Positions 30,145-40,441 of a stretch of 64,000 nt of DNA are shown piece after piece. Positions within the stretch are counted from its first letter, which is position 1. Each line of letters opens with the position of its first letter. Both the position numbers and the translations under genes were made by a program. The DNA is from Nanobdellota archaeon (lineage in GTDB: Archaea > Nanobdellota > Nanobdellia > Pacearchaeales > GW2011-AR1). The notes beneath the pieces were generated by a model. The model saw only the letters and a list, made by a program, of their open reading frames with translations. It made no database searches and was not told the origin of the DNA. The stretch covers positions 95,301 through 159,300 of the forward strand of contig JBBSXJ010000004.1 in the NCBI GenBank assembly GCA_038045825.1, in the 5' to 3' direction.

Positions 30145-33100
30145 ATGAGGCAGAGTGTAGACTTTTTTATATTTGTTTTTTTTGTTGCTTTTTGTTCTTT
30201 TGTTTTATTTTTTGGGTCGAACAAAACTCATAGCTTCTTTGATGTTGATGGGACGATCACAGGCAAAGTTATTGAAGAAGATTTTCTTCTTAATATCTCA
30301 GATCTTAGAACTTTCCCTAAAATATATATTGGCTCATCGTGTAAAATTGAAAAAATTTCATCTAGTGTTAATTCTGTTCGGATTGGAGATGTTGTTCATT
30401 TTGAGGTTTTAGGGAAAAATTGCGATGGTTATAGAGTAGATTTTGAGATTTTTGAAAAAGATATTTTATTTGATGATCATATAATTGATCTTCAAAGTGG
30501 TTTTGAAAATGGTGTTGCTTCATTTGACTGGAAAGTTACTGATGAAGTTTTAATTTTATCTGATGAGTCTATAGAAGACTCCAGACTTGAAATTTATTCC
30601 ATTGTCCATCTTAGCTCTTCTCCTATTTATTCTAATAATTTGGTTTCTGAGAAAATTTATCTTTTTTATGATGGCTATATACCTTTATCTCCATCTGGCG
30701 GGTCTGGGCCCGAAAGTGTTCAATGTTCTTCAATTACTAGACATGGTATTACATGGACTTTTTCACAACCTAGGGAATGTGGACAATTTGTTAATGGAGA
30801 TTGGTGGGTTCTTGGTCCTGTGACTATTACTTCAGTTTCACCTGGACAAATATCGGGTAGGCATGGCTCATGGTTGAATCCACTTGCTAATCTTCCCAGT
30901 CCAGGTGGATACAGACACCCGTTTGATGATCGTGCTGCACAGTATGATCCTTCATTGAGGCCAACATTTCCTTTGACAGTTACACAACCAGGATCTTTAC
31001 TTTCTACTGCTAGTCATACAACCCCTAATAATTGTCCTTCTTGCTTTTTGCCTGATCCCCCTACAGCTTGCTCTGATCTTCTCTATGATACTAGCGAGGC
31101 TACGGTGCTTGATACTTGCAGTAAAACCACTTTACGTACTGCTGCAGTATTAACTATTCTTACTCAAGTACCTCCGGCAGATAGTTTTAGGCCAACTTAC
31201 TTTAGCACAGATAAAACTATTCGTTATAATAAAAATCAATTAGATTATTCTTTTTTTGGTAATTTGACTCCAACTCCATTAACACCTCCTTTGATTGAAG
31301 TTGAAAGATCTTTTGAAAGAGTAAATGTTCAAGTTATTCACTGGCCTACAGAATCGATTCAACCGTCTGAAAATGCAGTTGGATATGGCAGAGATTTTGC
31401 TGATGAAGTTAGCATTGCAGCTCTGTCTTTGAATTTGAATTATACTCAAGCACAAAAAGAAACTTTAGCGATACGTTTAGTTCAATTGGGTATTGATTTT
31501 AATGGTGCATTAGAATTGGGTATGGAATGGAATCCAAATGGAGGACATGGTAATGGGCGTTTTTTCCCTATTCTTCTTGCAGGACTTATGTTAAATGATT
31601 CAAGACTTTTGAATGCTACAACTTATCATCCTAGGTTTTTTAGTGAAAAAGGTCAAACATTTGCTGTAACTAATTATCCTCCAAATACTCCCTCTTCAGT
31701 TATTCCTCAATGTTCAGCTGGAGGTGTTAACTGCGGTCATGGAGGATATACTTCTGCAGATATAGGACTTCCTGACTTTGGGTTTTCTCACTGGACAGGT
31801 CCTATTGTTGATGCGAAAGATTGGTTTGGTGATTCTTATCGTCGTTGTTGTACTGCCAATGGATGGAATGGGTATATTTTAGCTTCGCATATAATGGGAG
31901 TTACTGATAGCTGGAATTATGATGTTCTTTTCCCTTATACTGATCGTTATATGGAAAATCCTTTGACTGCAGGATGGAGAAGCTGGCATCCTTGGCTTGA
32001 AGAAATGTGGGATACTTATCGTGCTAATTATAATCGAGAGTGGAATCCTAATGATCTTTGCACGGAAGGAACTAGGAGAAGTTGTGAAGAACAGAGAGGT
32101 GTTTGTTTTCAATCTCAAGAGACTTGCAAGTTTAAGAATTGGTGGGGATGCAGTGCGCCTACTTATTCTCCTACTACTTATATGACTCACAACTCAAATT
32201 ATCAGGTAACTGAAAATAGTTGTGATGGACTGGATAATGATTGTGATGGTCAAACTGATGAAGGGTGTGTACCTGGAAGTCCGCCTAACCCGCCTAGTGA
32301 TTTGAACGTTACTCCGGTAAGTTCTATACAATTAAGGCTGAATTGGAAAGACAATAGCAACAACGAAGATAAATTTGTTGTTCAAAGAAGGCAGTTACCT
32401 AATGGACTCTTTGCTAATTTATCTACTGCTTCTAACCTGCCTGCTAATACAGTTACATTTACTGATAATGGTTTGCCTGCAAGTACATCATTTGAATATA
32501 GAGTCTTGGCTGAGAATAGCATCGGAGTTTCAACTTGGTCTAATTCTGCGAGCAATACTACTAATCAAAGTGCTCCTAACACTCCTAGCGGATTAACTGT
32601 TATTCCAATTAACAGTTCTAGTTTGAGAATTAATTGGAATGATGTTGTAAATGAAAATGGATATACTTTACAATTTAAACTAGCGTCTGCTTCTATTTTT
32701 GTAAATGTTTTTGGAGCTGGAAGTTTGTCAGCTAACACAGTTAGCTTTACTCATAATGGACTCTTAAATAATACTTCTTACAATTACCAGATTCTTGCAT
32801 TTAATAGTGGAGGTAATTCTTCATTTTCTCAAATAGCTACTGGCACTACAAATCAAAGTGCTCCACTTGACTTTATAATTTCTAGAAACCCTATATCTGG
32901 ATCTGTACAAAGAGGGAATTCTGTTTCTACTACAGTTACTGCGACTTATACTTCTGGAGTTTCATCTGCTGTGGCATTTACTGCTACTAACTTATCTGCT
33001 GGAATTTCTGCATTGTTTAGTCCAATAAGCTGCACTCCTTCCAGCGGAAGTCCTTGCTCTTCTACTCTTACACTATCTGCTTCTTCTAGCGCTGCTTTGG

Positions 33101-34278
33101 TTTCTAATCAAAGTGTTATAATTACTGGGACAAGCGGAGCAGTTGTTAGAAATGTGAATTATAACTTGACTGTTTTGAGTGTACCTGTTTGCACTAATGG
33201 ACAGGTTAGAAATTGTCAAGAACAGAGAGGAGTTTGTCTGAATTCATTTGAGACCTGTACTCTAAATAACTGGCCTGGATGCAATTACAATTCTATTCCA
33301 GGATATGCTTCTGTTGAAACTGGAGTTGAATTGTGTCGTGATGGACTTGATAATGATTGCGATGGAACACAAGATATTGGCGGAGATTCTGGATGCCCTA
33401 TACCTCGTTACTCTAGATTTAATAATAATATTACAACTAATCTTTCTAATGTAAGTGATCTAACTAGAGTTGTTAACTTCTCTGTTGGAATTCCAAGTAT
33501 TGGTAGAATACAATATTTGAGCCAAGAGGTTTCTTTATGGAGACTTGTTAATGGAGTTTACCAGGCACTAGATCTTGATAATGCTATTGCTATTGCAAGA
33601 AATATAGTTGGAGTATATAGTGAAAGTTATAGTGAATTGAATCAAACTGCTAGAGTTACTTTCTATAACCTGAGTTATACTGATGCTCCTGTTCCTACTA
33701 TTCAAACATCTAATGGATTTAGTATATGCTCTTCATCTAGATGTTTGCCTTTGTCTTATTCCAATGGTGAATTTGTAATGACTACTGTTGGATTCTCTAA
33801 CTATAGTACTCAAGTTTCAACTTGTGGAGATTCATATTGTCATGTGTTAACTGAGACTTGTTCTTCTTGTAGTTCTGATTGTGGATCGTGTGGGACTGGT
33901 TCTAGTTCTGGAGGATCATCTGGTGGTAGTTCTGGAGGAAGCGGTGGACCTCCTAGCAGATCTAGTACTTTAGTTACTCAATGCAATGATGGAGTTGATA
34001 ATGATGGTGATGACTTAGTTGACTATCCTGCTGATTTAGGCTGCTTGAATGCTAATGATAATATAGAACTTGATGAAATTATATTGGAATCTGAAGACTT
34101 CTCTGAAGAACCAGAGACCTTAACTCTTAGACCCAGAGATATAGGAATAGGATTTGTATTTTGGGTTGTTTTAATAGTTTTAATTTTGGGGATAATAGTT
34201 GTCGGAATAATAATAGCTAGTCATGTTCATAAGAGAAAGAAGTTTAGTGAATATATTAAGACAATAAATAAAAATTAG
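30145..34278 (+). CDS. giant cell-surface protein B, paralog of A and C. The ORF track starts at 30100; the internal ATG at 30145 gives a MRQSVDFFIFVFFVAF signal anchor
   Basis: TM anchor; ~450-aa N-terminal globular region; Cys-rich repeats (CEEQRGVCFQSQETCKFKNWWGC…CDGLDNDCDGQTDEGC); three FN3 modules; shared C-terminal module STLVTQCNDGVDNDGDDLVDYPADLGC + TM + KRKKF tail. Confidence 0.7.
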   Translation: MRQSVDFFIFVFFVAFCSFVLFFGSNKTHSFFDVDGTITGKVIEEDFLLNISDLRTFPKIYIGSSCKIEKISSSVNSVRIGDVVHFEVLGKNCDGYRVDFEIFEKDILFDDHIIDLQSGFENGVASFDWKVTDEVLILSDESIEDSRLEIYSIVHLSSSPIYSNNLVSEKIYLFYDGYIPLSPSGGSGPESVQCSSITRHGITWTFSQPRECGQFVNGDWWVLGPVTITSVSPGQISGRHGSWLNPLANLPSPGGYRHPFDDRAAQYDPSLRPTFPLTVTQPGSLLSTASHTTPNNCPSCFLPDPPTACSDLLYDTSEATVLDTCSKTTLRTAAVLTILTQVPPADSFRPTYFSTDKTIRYNKNQLDYSFFGNLTPTPLTPPLIEVERSFERVNVQVIHWPTESIQPSENAVGYGRDFADEVSIAALSLNLNYTQAQKETLAIRLVQLGIDFNGALELGMEWNPNGGHGNGRFFPILLAGLMLNDSRLLNATTYHPRFFSEKGQTFAVTNYPPNTPSSVIPQCSAGGVNCGHGGYTSADIGLPDFGFSHWTGPIVDAKDWFGDSYRRCCTANGWNGYILASHIMGVTDSWNYDVLFPYTDRYMENPLTAGWRSWHPWLEEMWDTYRANYNREWNPNDLCTEGTRRSCEEQRGVCFQSQETCKFKNWWGCSAPTYSPTTYMTHNSNYQVTENSCDGLDNDCDGQTDEGCVPGSPPNPPSDLNVTPVSSIQLRLNWKDNSNNEDKFVVQRRQLPNGLFANLSTASNLPANTVTFTDNGLPASTSFEYRVLAENSIGVSTWSNSASNTTNQSAPNTPSGLTVIPINSSSLRINWNDVVNENGYTLQFKLASASIFVNVFGAGSLSANTVSFTHNGLLNNTSYNYQILAFNSGGNSSFSQIATGTTNQSAPLDFIISRNPISGSVQRGNSVSTTVTATYTSGVSSAVAFTATNLSAGISALFSPISCTPSSGSPCSSTLTLSASSSAALVSNQSVIITGTSGAVVRNVNYNLTVLSVPVCTNGQVRNCQEQRGVCLNSFETCTLNNWPGCNYNSIPGYASVETGVELCRDGLDNDCDGTQDIGGDSGCPIPRYSRFNNNITTNLSNVSDLTRVVNFSVGIPSIGRIQYLSQEVSLWRLVNGVYQALDLDNAIAIARNIVGVYSESYSELNQTARVTFYNLSYTDAPVPTIQTSNGFSICSSSRCLPLSYSNGEFVMTTVGFSNYSTQVSTCGDSYCHVLTETCSSCSSDCGSCGTGSSSGGSSGGSSGGSGGPPSRSSTLVTQCNDGVDNDGDDLVDYPADLGCLNANDNIELDEIILESEDFSEEPETLTLRPRDIGIGFVFWVVLIVLILGIIVVGIIIASHVHKRKKFSEYIKTINKN

Positions 34279-34459
34279 ATTTTAGTGTTTCTAATCCTTT
34301 CTGCTATTCTAGACTTTTCTTCTTCTGAAATATCTTCTCTGAAAGGAACTCTTTCGTATTCAGATATTAAATGTCTTAGACTTCCTTTGCTAGGAAGAAC
34401 ATGAATATGTACATGTTCTTGAGTACTATTTGCTCCACTATTAATATGTATATTTGGAG
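34275..34459 (-). pseudogene. relic of a HIT-family (histidine triad) gene, C-terminal 61 codons only
   Basis: translates to …NSGANSTQEHVHIHVLPSKGSLRHLISEY… (HxHxHxx triad) but is preceded by an in-frame stop and has no start. Confidence 0.45.
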
Positions 34460-34524
34460 AGTCAGGATGTTAAAGAATCTGGAAAATTAGTCGGAGTTAT
34501 AACAAAAGCAGATGTTATTAAGTG
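34456..34524 (+). pseudogene. relic of a CBS-domain gene (C-terminal ~25 codons)
   Basis: …QDVKESGKLVGVITKADVIKCLK* typical CBS-domain C-terminus with no upstream gene body; abuts the HIT relic. Confidence 0.35.
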
Positions 34525-34567
34525 CTTGAAGTAAAAGTTTAAATACTACTTAATACTACCTAGTAGT

Positions 34568-34795
34568 ATGGAAAACATTAGCCTAAAACTTGAAAGAAAC
34601 TTTTTGGATGCTATAACAAAGGTGATGAAGAGGCATAATTATACTACTAAGACTGAATTTATTAGAGAATCTATTCGCGATAAAATAAGAAGACTTGAGG
34701 AAAAAGAAATACTTGAGGATAAAGATATGATGGCACAAATCAGGGCTAGTGAGAGGAACATGAAGAAAGGTAAAGTTAAAAAATTTATTTATTAA
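34568..34795 (+). CDS. ribbon-helix-helix (CopG-like) antitoxin-type small protein
   Basis: 75 aa; N-terminal beta-strand followed by helices (KLERNFLDAITKVMKRHNYTTKTEFIRESIRDKI). Confidence 0.45.
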   Translation: MENISLKLERNFLDAITKVMKRHNYTTKTEFIRESIRDKIRRLEEKEILEDKDMMAQIRASERNMKKGKVKKFIY

Positions 34796-35049
34796 TAAAT
34801 TTTATGGGTTCCTACTGCTTGTATGACTATATATTTTAATTCTTCTTTGATAACATAAACTGTTCGTATATTTGAGCCTAACCAGCATGCCCATTTGCCC
34901 TTTAAATCTCCATGAAGTTGGTGAGCTCCATTTGCTCTTCTTGGATTTTCTTTTAGTCTATCTAACTTGTAAGTTATGTCATTTCTTAGGGCCATATATT
35001 TTTGTAATTTTTTCTCCACTTTTGAGTTCGCAGTTGCTATTTCGTACAT
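34792..35049 (-). CDS. relE: RelE/ParE-family toxin (mRNA interferase)
   Basis: …GAHQLHGDLKGKWACWLGSNIRTVYVIKEE…IVIQAVGTHKIY RelE/YoeB-type core; convergent with the RHH gene, overlapping by 4 nt. Confidence 0.65.
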   Translation of the reverse strand: MYEIATANSKVEKKLQKYMALRNDITYKLDRLKENPRRANGAHQLHGDLKGKWACWLGSNIRTVYVIKEELKYIVIQAVGTHKIY

Positions 35050-35174
35050 TTTTGTTTAGATTTATGAGTTAATTGGCTTAAACTACTTTTTTGTTACGCT
35101 TATTTTGTTACGAAAATATAATTTTATGACACACACAATTATTTAAAGTGAAAATACAATAAGAAATCAATTAT

Positions 35175-36293
35175 TTGAAAGGAGGTATGAAAAAAGAACG
35201 AATGGTTTTAGATTTTGCAAAAGAAGCAATTGCAAATGCGTCCACACATAGCATCAATTTTGATGAACTTAGGGCTGGAAAAGCTAACATAAAAGTTTTT
35301 GGAGCTGGTGGTGCTGGTTGTAATACAATTACTTGGTTATTTAACAAAGGAATTAATGGAGCTACAATTTATGGCACTAACACAGACGCTCTTCACTTAA
35401 GCATTACAAAGGCTGATGAGAAAATCTTGATGGGAAAAGAGATTACTCGAGGTCTTGGTTGCGGAGGATGGCCTCAAAAGGGAAGAGAAGCTGCTAAGGA
35501 ATCTTTATCTGAACTTAAGAAATCAGTCAGCAATGCTGATATGGTATTCATTTGTGCTGGTATGGGTGGTGGAACAGGTACTGGATCTGCTCCAGTTATT
35601 GGTCAACTCGCAAAAGAGGCTGGCGCTGTAGTTATTGCAGTGGTCACAATGCCTTTTGAATGTGAGAAGGCTAGAATTGACAAAGCAGAATTTGGTTTAC
35701 AAGAGTTAAGAGAGGTTGTTGATACCGTCATAGTTATTGACAACAACAGACTTGTCGATATTGCTGGTAACTTGCCAATGGAACAAGCTTTCGCAGTTGC
35801 GAACGAGCTAGTAAGTACAATGATAAAAGGTATAGTGGAGACTATTACTTTGCCTTCATTGATCAACTTAGACTATGCTGACGTTTCAGCAATTATGAAG
35901 GGTGGTGACGTTGCAGTTATTGGAGTAGGTGAGTCTGATAGTAGCATGAGAGTTGAAGAGGCTGTAAGACAGGCTCTTACACATCCATTATTGGATGTAG
36001 ACTATCGTGGTGCCACAGGAGCTCTTATCCACATCACATGCGGACCTGACTTTAAGCTTGAGGAATTCTCTGGCGTAGGAAACTTAGTCACAGAAAACTT
36101 AAGCAGTGAAGCTCAAGTTATCATTGGTGCTAGAATTAACAAGGAATTCGGTTCTAAAGTGCGCGTCATTACAATTATGACAGGAGTTAAATCTCCATAT
36201 GTACTTGGAAAGGAAATATCCTCATCTGTTAATCAAGGACGCAATGCAGGAAAATCTGAAATGTCTGATTTAGGCATTGAGATATTCCGTTAA
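35175..36293 (+). CDS. ftsZ: cell division GTPase FtsZ
   Basis: tubulin signature GMGGGTGTGSAPVI, GAGGAGCN nucleotide-binding loop. Confidence 0.85.
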   Translation: MKGGMKKERMVLDFAKEAIANASTHSINFDELRAGKANIKVFGAGGAGCNTITWLFNKGINGATIYGTNTDALHLSITKADEKILMGKEITRGLGCGGWPQKGREAAKESLSELKKSVSNADMVFICAGMGGGTGTGSAPVIGQLAKEAGAVVIAVVTMPFECEKARIDKAEFGLQELREVVDTVIVIDNNRLVDIAGNLPMEQAFAVANELVSTMIKGIVETITLPSLINLDYADVSAIMKGGDVAVIGVGESDSSMRVEEAVRQALTHPLLDVDYRGATGALIHITCGPDFKLEEFSGVGNLVTENLSSEAQVIIGARINKEFGSKVRVITIMTGVKSPYVLGKEISSSVNQGRNAGKSEMSDLGIEIFR

Positions 36294-36330
36294 TTGAGTA
36301 GATTTTATTTTTTTATTTTTTTATTCTTTT

Positions 36331-37308
36331 TTATAGAAGCCCATTTGGGAAAGGGGTAAATTTTATTTGATCTCTTTGAATATAGTATTTCATGTCTTTT
36401 ATTTTACCTTTAAACTTTTCCTGGATTCTTTTTAAAAAACTGTCCAATTCATCTATTGATTTGTATATGCAGTTAAATACTATTGAAAGTGAGTTTGCAC
36501 TTGTAAATGCATAAGTTATATTTTCATTATTCTTGATTAGATCTTCTACTGCATCAAAACCTAGTTTTGAGATGTTTTGGAAAGTTATTTTCCCAATGAA
36601 GGGCATATAGCCTAGTTTCTTATAATTTAGCATAGGGTGGTATTTTCTTATAATTAGGTTATTTTCTAGTGATTTCATTCTATATCTTACTACATCCCAT
36701 GTACTATCTACTCTTTCTGCTAATTCTATTAAGGAGATATTAGAATCTTTAGTTAATTCATAGATTATCTTTTTATCTAATTGGTCTAATTTAATATTTT
36801 TTGTATCTGGTTTTGAGAAGCTTTTGCCTTTTTCCAGGTTATTTTTGTTAAGGTCTTTAATCAAATGATTTATTCTAACCATTTTTGCAAAAATATCTAT
36901 TTCATAGAAATTTAGTCTTTCTCCAAAATATTCTCTTATTTGAAGTATTATTTTCTCCATGCTGAAGAAACCTTCTGCTATAAACTCTGCAAGGATATCA
37001 TATTCTCCTGAAATGGTTACAGCCCACATACAGAAGGGGTGATTTTTGAAATAGTCTGAGATCTCTGCATTTTTTGATAGGTCTTCATTGAACTTGAAAA
37101 GTACTGTAAATGTGTTAAAACCTAATTTTTCAAGATTAACATTACAAGTGAATGCTGAGATAATTTCCTTTTCTAAGAATTTTTTTATTTTATTATTGAC
37201 TGTATCCTTACTTACTGCTAATTTCTTTGCTAGTTGGCTATTCGACATTCTACTATCTAGATAGAGTAATTCTAGTAAATTCTCATCTTTCTTGTCTAAA
37301 ATCTCCAT
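36331..37308 (-). CDS. transcriptional regulator with two tandem Lrp/AsnC-like HTH modules
   Basis: two repeats of HTH + RAM-like halves (…NSQLAKKLAVSKDTVNNKIKK… and …LIELAERVDSTWDVVRYRMKSLE…). Confidence 0.45.
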   Translation of the reverse strand: MEILDKKDENLLELLYLDSRMSNSQLAKKLAVSKDTVNNKIKKFLEKEIISAFTCNVNLEKLGFNTFTVLFKFNEDLSKNAEISDYFKNHPFCMWAVTISGEYDILAEFIAEGFFSMEKIILQIREYFGERLNFYEIDIFAKMVRINHLIKDLNKNNLEKGKSFSKPDTKNIKLDQLDKKIIYELTKDSNISLIELAERVDSTWDVVRYRMKSLENNLIIRKYHPMLNYKKLGYMPFIGKITFQNISKLGFDAVEDLIKNNENITYAFTSANSLSIVFNCIYKSIDELDSFLKRIQEKFKGKIKDMKYYIQRDQIKFTPFPNGLL

Positions 37309-37432
37309 TATTTATCTTTATATTAAATAATATATAAATATTTCTATATATTGCTAATAATTTCAAACAAAGTTTTAGATATATATTATCGTTACTACTT
37401 TTAAGGAACTGTCTTTACAGACAACAAAAAAC

Positions 37433-38347
37433 ATGGCTAAAAAAACAGAAAAAACAGAAAGAAAATACCAGTTACTTGGAGCTAGAGTAGTAGAAACTCC
37501 AATAATTGGACCATTAAGGTACGATGAAGTTGGAAGACCTCTTCTAGAGAGTCTTAACCTTCAATTTGGACATGTAAGCGGATTGAGAGATTCCAAAAAG
37601 TATAATCCAGGAGATGTTTTAGAAGGCAATTTTTTGAGGGCAGTTTTTTATGCTAGAGAATTAAGAAAAACTCAAGAAGGTGAAAAAGATCTTGGTTTGC
37701 GAGTTGCAACGGATGAAGACCTTGCTTTATATGGTTCACTTTTAGAACAAGAGGGTAAGGATTGGGATGCGCTGGCTTTCTCAAGCTCTGTAGTTGCTTA
37801 TCCCAATGCTGGGGTAGAGGATGAATCTTTCAGAAGAGACTTGTTAAGGATGAGAGAAAGTAAACTTCCGATGATAATTAGGAATCCTGAATTACAAGAC
37901 GTTCGCAGATCTTTAGGATATGGGAATAGGGTTATTATATTAAAGAGCGGTCCTGCTACAACTTTTACTGAAGCTTCTTGGATGGCTGTTCCACTAAGGG
38001 TGGCTGAATCAAGAGTATTTTTTGTGAATTATGATTCTGTTTTAAGAGAATATACTACCATGCCGGAGGCGAAAAGGGAATTTGCAGATGCAGTAGTAGA
38101 AGTAAACCAAGAACTTGAGGGCTTTTGTCCAATTACTCAATTTTACGATTGTGATGAAAACAGATTATTTGCTAGGGAGACTCCTCATTCTAAAGGGATA
38201 GTACCTATTATTCAAACACCTATTGATGATAGTCTTGATAAGATCCTTAAAGATATTCAATCTAAAAGAAAAAAACAAATTGAAGAAATTAAATCTCGTT
38301 GTGATAAGGCCATAAATTACATACATTCCGGAGAGAGAATATTTTAA
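37433..38347 (+). CDS. hypothetical protein (Arg/Glu-rich, composition atypical for the window)
   Basis: 304-aa ORF, no domain recognised; higher GC codons than neighbours. Confidence 0.4.
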   Translation: MAKKTEKTERKYQLLGARVVETPIIGPLRYDEVGRPLLESLNLQFGHVSGLRDSKKYNPGDVLEGNFLRAVFYARELRKTQEGEKDLGLRVATDEDLALYGSLLEQEGKDWDALAFSSSVVAYPNAGVEDESFRRDLLRMRESKLPMIIRNPELQDVRRSLGYGNRVIILKSGPATTFTEASWMAVPLRVAESRVFFVNYDSVLREYTTMPEAKREFADAVVEVNQELEGFCPITQFYDCDENRLFARETPHSKGIVPIIQTPIDDSLDKILKDIQSKRKKQIEEIKSRCDKAINYIHSGERIF

Positions 38348-38417
38348 AATGAAAAACGCAAATAATTTCGCGAAAAAATCTCTCTTACATATAGATATGA
38401 AAGGAGGTAAAAGATAG

Positions 38418-38780
38418 ATGGATAGAAATAAAGATTTTGAAGATCCCGTAACACTAGTAACTTTAATACCTGCTGCTCTTATGGGGTTAGGTGCGATGGC
38501 TACCGGAGCATACTTAGGATATCAAAGGGCAGGATATCACACTTTTGATGATCCTCTTACTGGAACTTTGTTAAAGTTCCTACCTGCAGCTATCGGATCA
38601 GTTGTATGTGGTGCTGCGAATGGTTTGTGTTCATTAGTTGACTCTTTAAGGGGAAAGAATAAAAAAGGTTTAAGAAATGCTCTAGAATCTTCTTTAATCG
38701 AAACAGCTAAAGGAGCTATCTTGGGAGGTGCAGTAGGTGGTATAGGAACCTACATTGGATATCGTATGGGTACTTTGTAG
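38418..38780 (+). CDS. glycine-zipper membrane protein
   Basis: GxxxG-rich TM segments (GLGAMATGAYLGY, GAILGGAVGGIGTYIGY); strong SD aaggaggt 8 nt upstream. Confidence 0.4.
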   Translation: MDRNKDFEDPVTLVTLIPAALMGLGAMATGAYLGYQRAGYHTFDDPLTGTLLKFLPAAIGSVVCGAANGLCSLVDSLRGKNKKGLRNALESSLIETAKGAILGGAVGGIGTYIGYRMGTL

Positions 38781-38805
38781 GATAAACATTTTATTCTTTA
38801 TTTTT

Positions 38806-39444
38806 CTAGAATTGATGGGTCTTTCCATCTTCTAGAATTTGGAATTTAATTCCTTTAGGTTCGAGAATTGTTGCAGGTATTCTATGTACTGGTCCTGGTT
38901 GCTTTAGTATGCCTTCATGGACTGGAAAAGCTATTTTTGGTTTAAGTTCTAAAGCATAATCTATTGCTTCTTCTAGTTTCATCCATGGACCTGCTACAGG
39001 AAGAGCTAAAATTTCTACGTGCTTTTTTGGATTATGTAAAGAATCTCCAGGGTAAAATAATCTGTTTGCAATAAGGAAACCTGTATTGATACAAGGAACT
39101 GTTTTATACATAAGAGCATGGTCGTGGCCTATTGCTTCTATGGGTAGTCCTTTGAAGTCCATTTTATTTCCATCTTCTAATAAGTGGTAAACTGGTATAT
39201 TATTTGCTTCTAATTGTTTTCCTACTCCTTTATTTGTAATAATTACTAGACCTTTATCTTTTTTATTTGCTATAAGTTTCTTGACTGAGTCTATATGCAA
39301 ATGATCCATATGTTCATGTGTAATAATTACTGCATCTACTTCTAGATTTTCAAAACCAGAGGAGAAAGAACCAGGATCTGTTAGTAGTTTTACTCCCTTT
39401 TCTTCAATTAAGAGGCAACAATGTCCGTACTTTGTTATTTTCAT
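38806..39444 (-). CDS. MBL-fold metallo-hydrolase
   Basis: ITHEHMDHLH metal-binding motif. Confidence 0.7.
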   Translation of the reverse strand: MKITKYGHCCLLIEEKGVKLLTDPGSFSSGFENLEVDAVIITHEHMDHLHIDSVKKLIANKKDKGLVIITNKGVGKQLEANNIPVYHLLEDGNKMDFKGLPIEAIGHDHALMYKTVPCINTGFLIANRLFYPGDSLHNPKKHVEILALPVAGPWMKLEEAIDYALELKPKIAFPVHEGILKQPGPVHRIPATILEPKGIKFQILEDGKTHQF

Positions 39445-39481
39445 TAAAACTTAATTCTTGTATTGTTTAATAGTTTTTGTA

Positions 39482-40051
39482 TTAATTAGTAGAAGGATCT
39501 TTATGCGGGTATGTTAGGGGTTTCTTCTTTTGGTCCCATTTTTCCCAGAATACTTTTGTTTCTAATTCATTTTTTCTTGCTTGTTTTTGTTTCTTGCTTT
39601 TAGAGTATCCTATTGGAATTATTGCTTCTATTTGCCATGATTCTGGTATTTTGAACTTTGTTTTGATTTCTCTTTCAGAGAAAGCTCCGACCCAACAAGC
39701 TCCTAAGCCCTGTTCTGTTATTGACAAAAGAAAGTTCTGAATTGCTGCTCCTGCCTGTTGTTTTCCATACATTTCTCCTCTATCTTGATATAATTGTTCA
39801 AGTCTTTTTGATTCTGAACAGATTATTACAACCCATTGAGATTCATTTATCCAATATTGTTGAGCGAATTCTGCAATATAATTTTTGTTTTCTTTTGTTT
39901 CTACTATAATAAATTTTAAATGGTTAATATTTCCAGCAAATGGTGCTTGATTTGCAGCATCTATTGCTTCTAATACTTGACCAAATTTAACTGGTTTATT
40001 TGAGAATTCTCTTACTGATGCCCTTTTTTCTATTGCTTCTTGTGTTTTCAT
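39482..40051 (-). CDS. nitroreductase-family protein
   Basis: RASVREF… FMN-binding N-terminus and nitroreductase fold. Confidence 0.7.
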   Translation of the reverse strand: MKTQEAIEKRASVREFSNKPVKFGQVLEAIDAANQAPFAGNINHLKFIIVETKENKNYIAEFAQQYWINESQWVVIICSESKRLEQLYQDRGEMYGKQQAGAAIQNFLLSITEQGLGACWVGAFSEREIKTKFKIPESWQIEAIIPIGYSKSKKQKQARKNELETKVFWEKWDQKKKPLTYPHKDPSTN

Positions 40052-40085
40052 GTATTTATATCCAGTTTAATGTATAAAAAGATTG

Positions 40086-40409
40086 TTAATAAACAAATCC
40101 TACTGGAAGCATTGCTTCTAGATCTGCTCTTGTTTTATCTGGTGATTTTCTATAAGTTCTTTTGTTACCTTCGCTTGAAGAATATGTGTCATTAAATTCA
40201 ATAAAACCGTTACTCCTTAAAAAATCTAATTTTAATTCTTGACTAAATGTACTTGGACTTCTTAAATAGAAAAGTATCCTTTTGAGAAGACCTTTAGGTG
40301 CAGTACTTGGTAAACCTCTTGCACTAGCTATTCTTCTTGTTAATTCATCTTCTGTTATGCTGTTATAATCTAGACAATCGTATACTTCAGTTAGTTTTAC
40401 TCTTGACAT
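40086..40409 (-). CDS. hypothetical protein
   Basis: 107-aa ORF without motif. Confidence 0.3.
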   Translation of the reverse strand: MSRVKLTEVYDCLDYNSITEDELTRRIASARGLPSTAPKGLLKRILFYLRSPSTFSQELKLDFLRSNGFIEFNDTYSSSEGNKRTYRKSPDKTRADLEAMLPVGFVY

Positions 40410-40441
40410 ATTTTAATCATTTATTATCTGTTTTTAAATAT

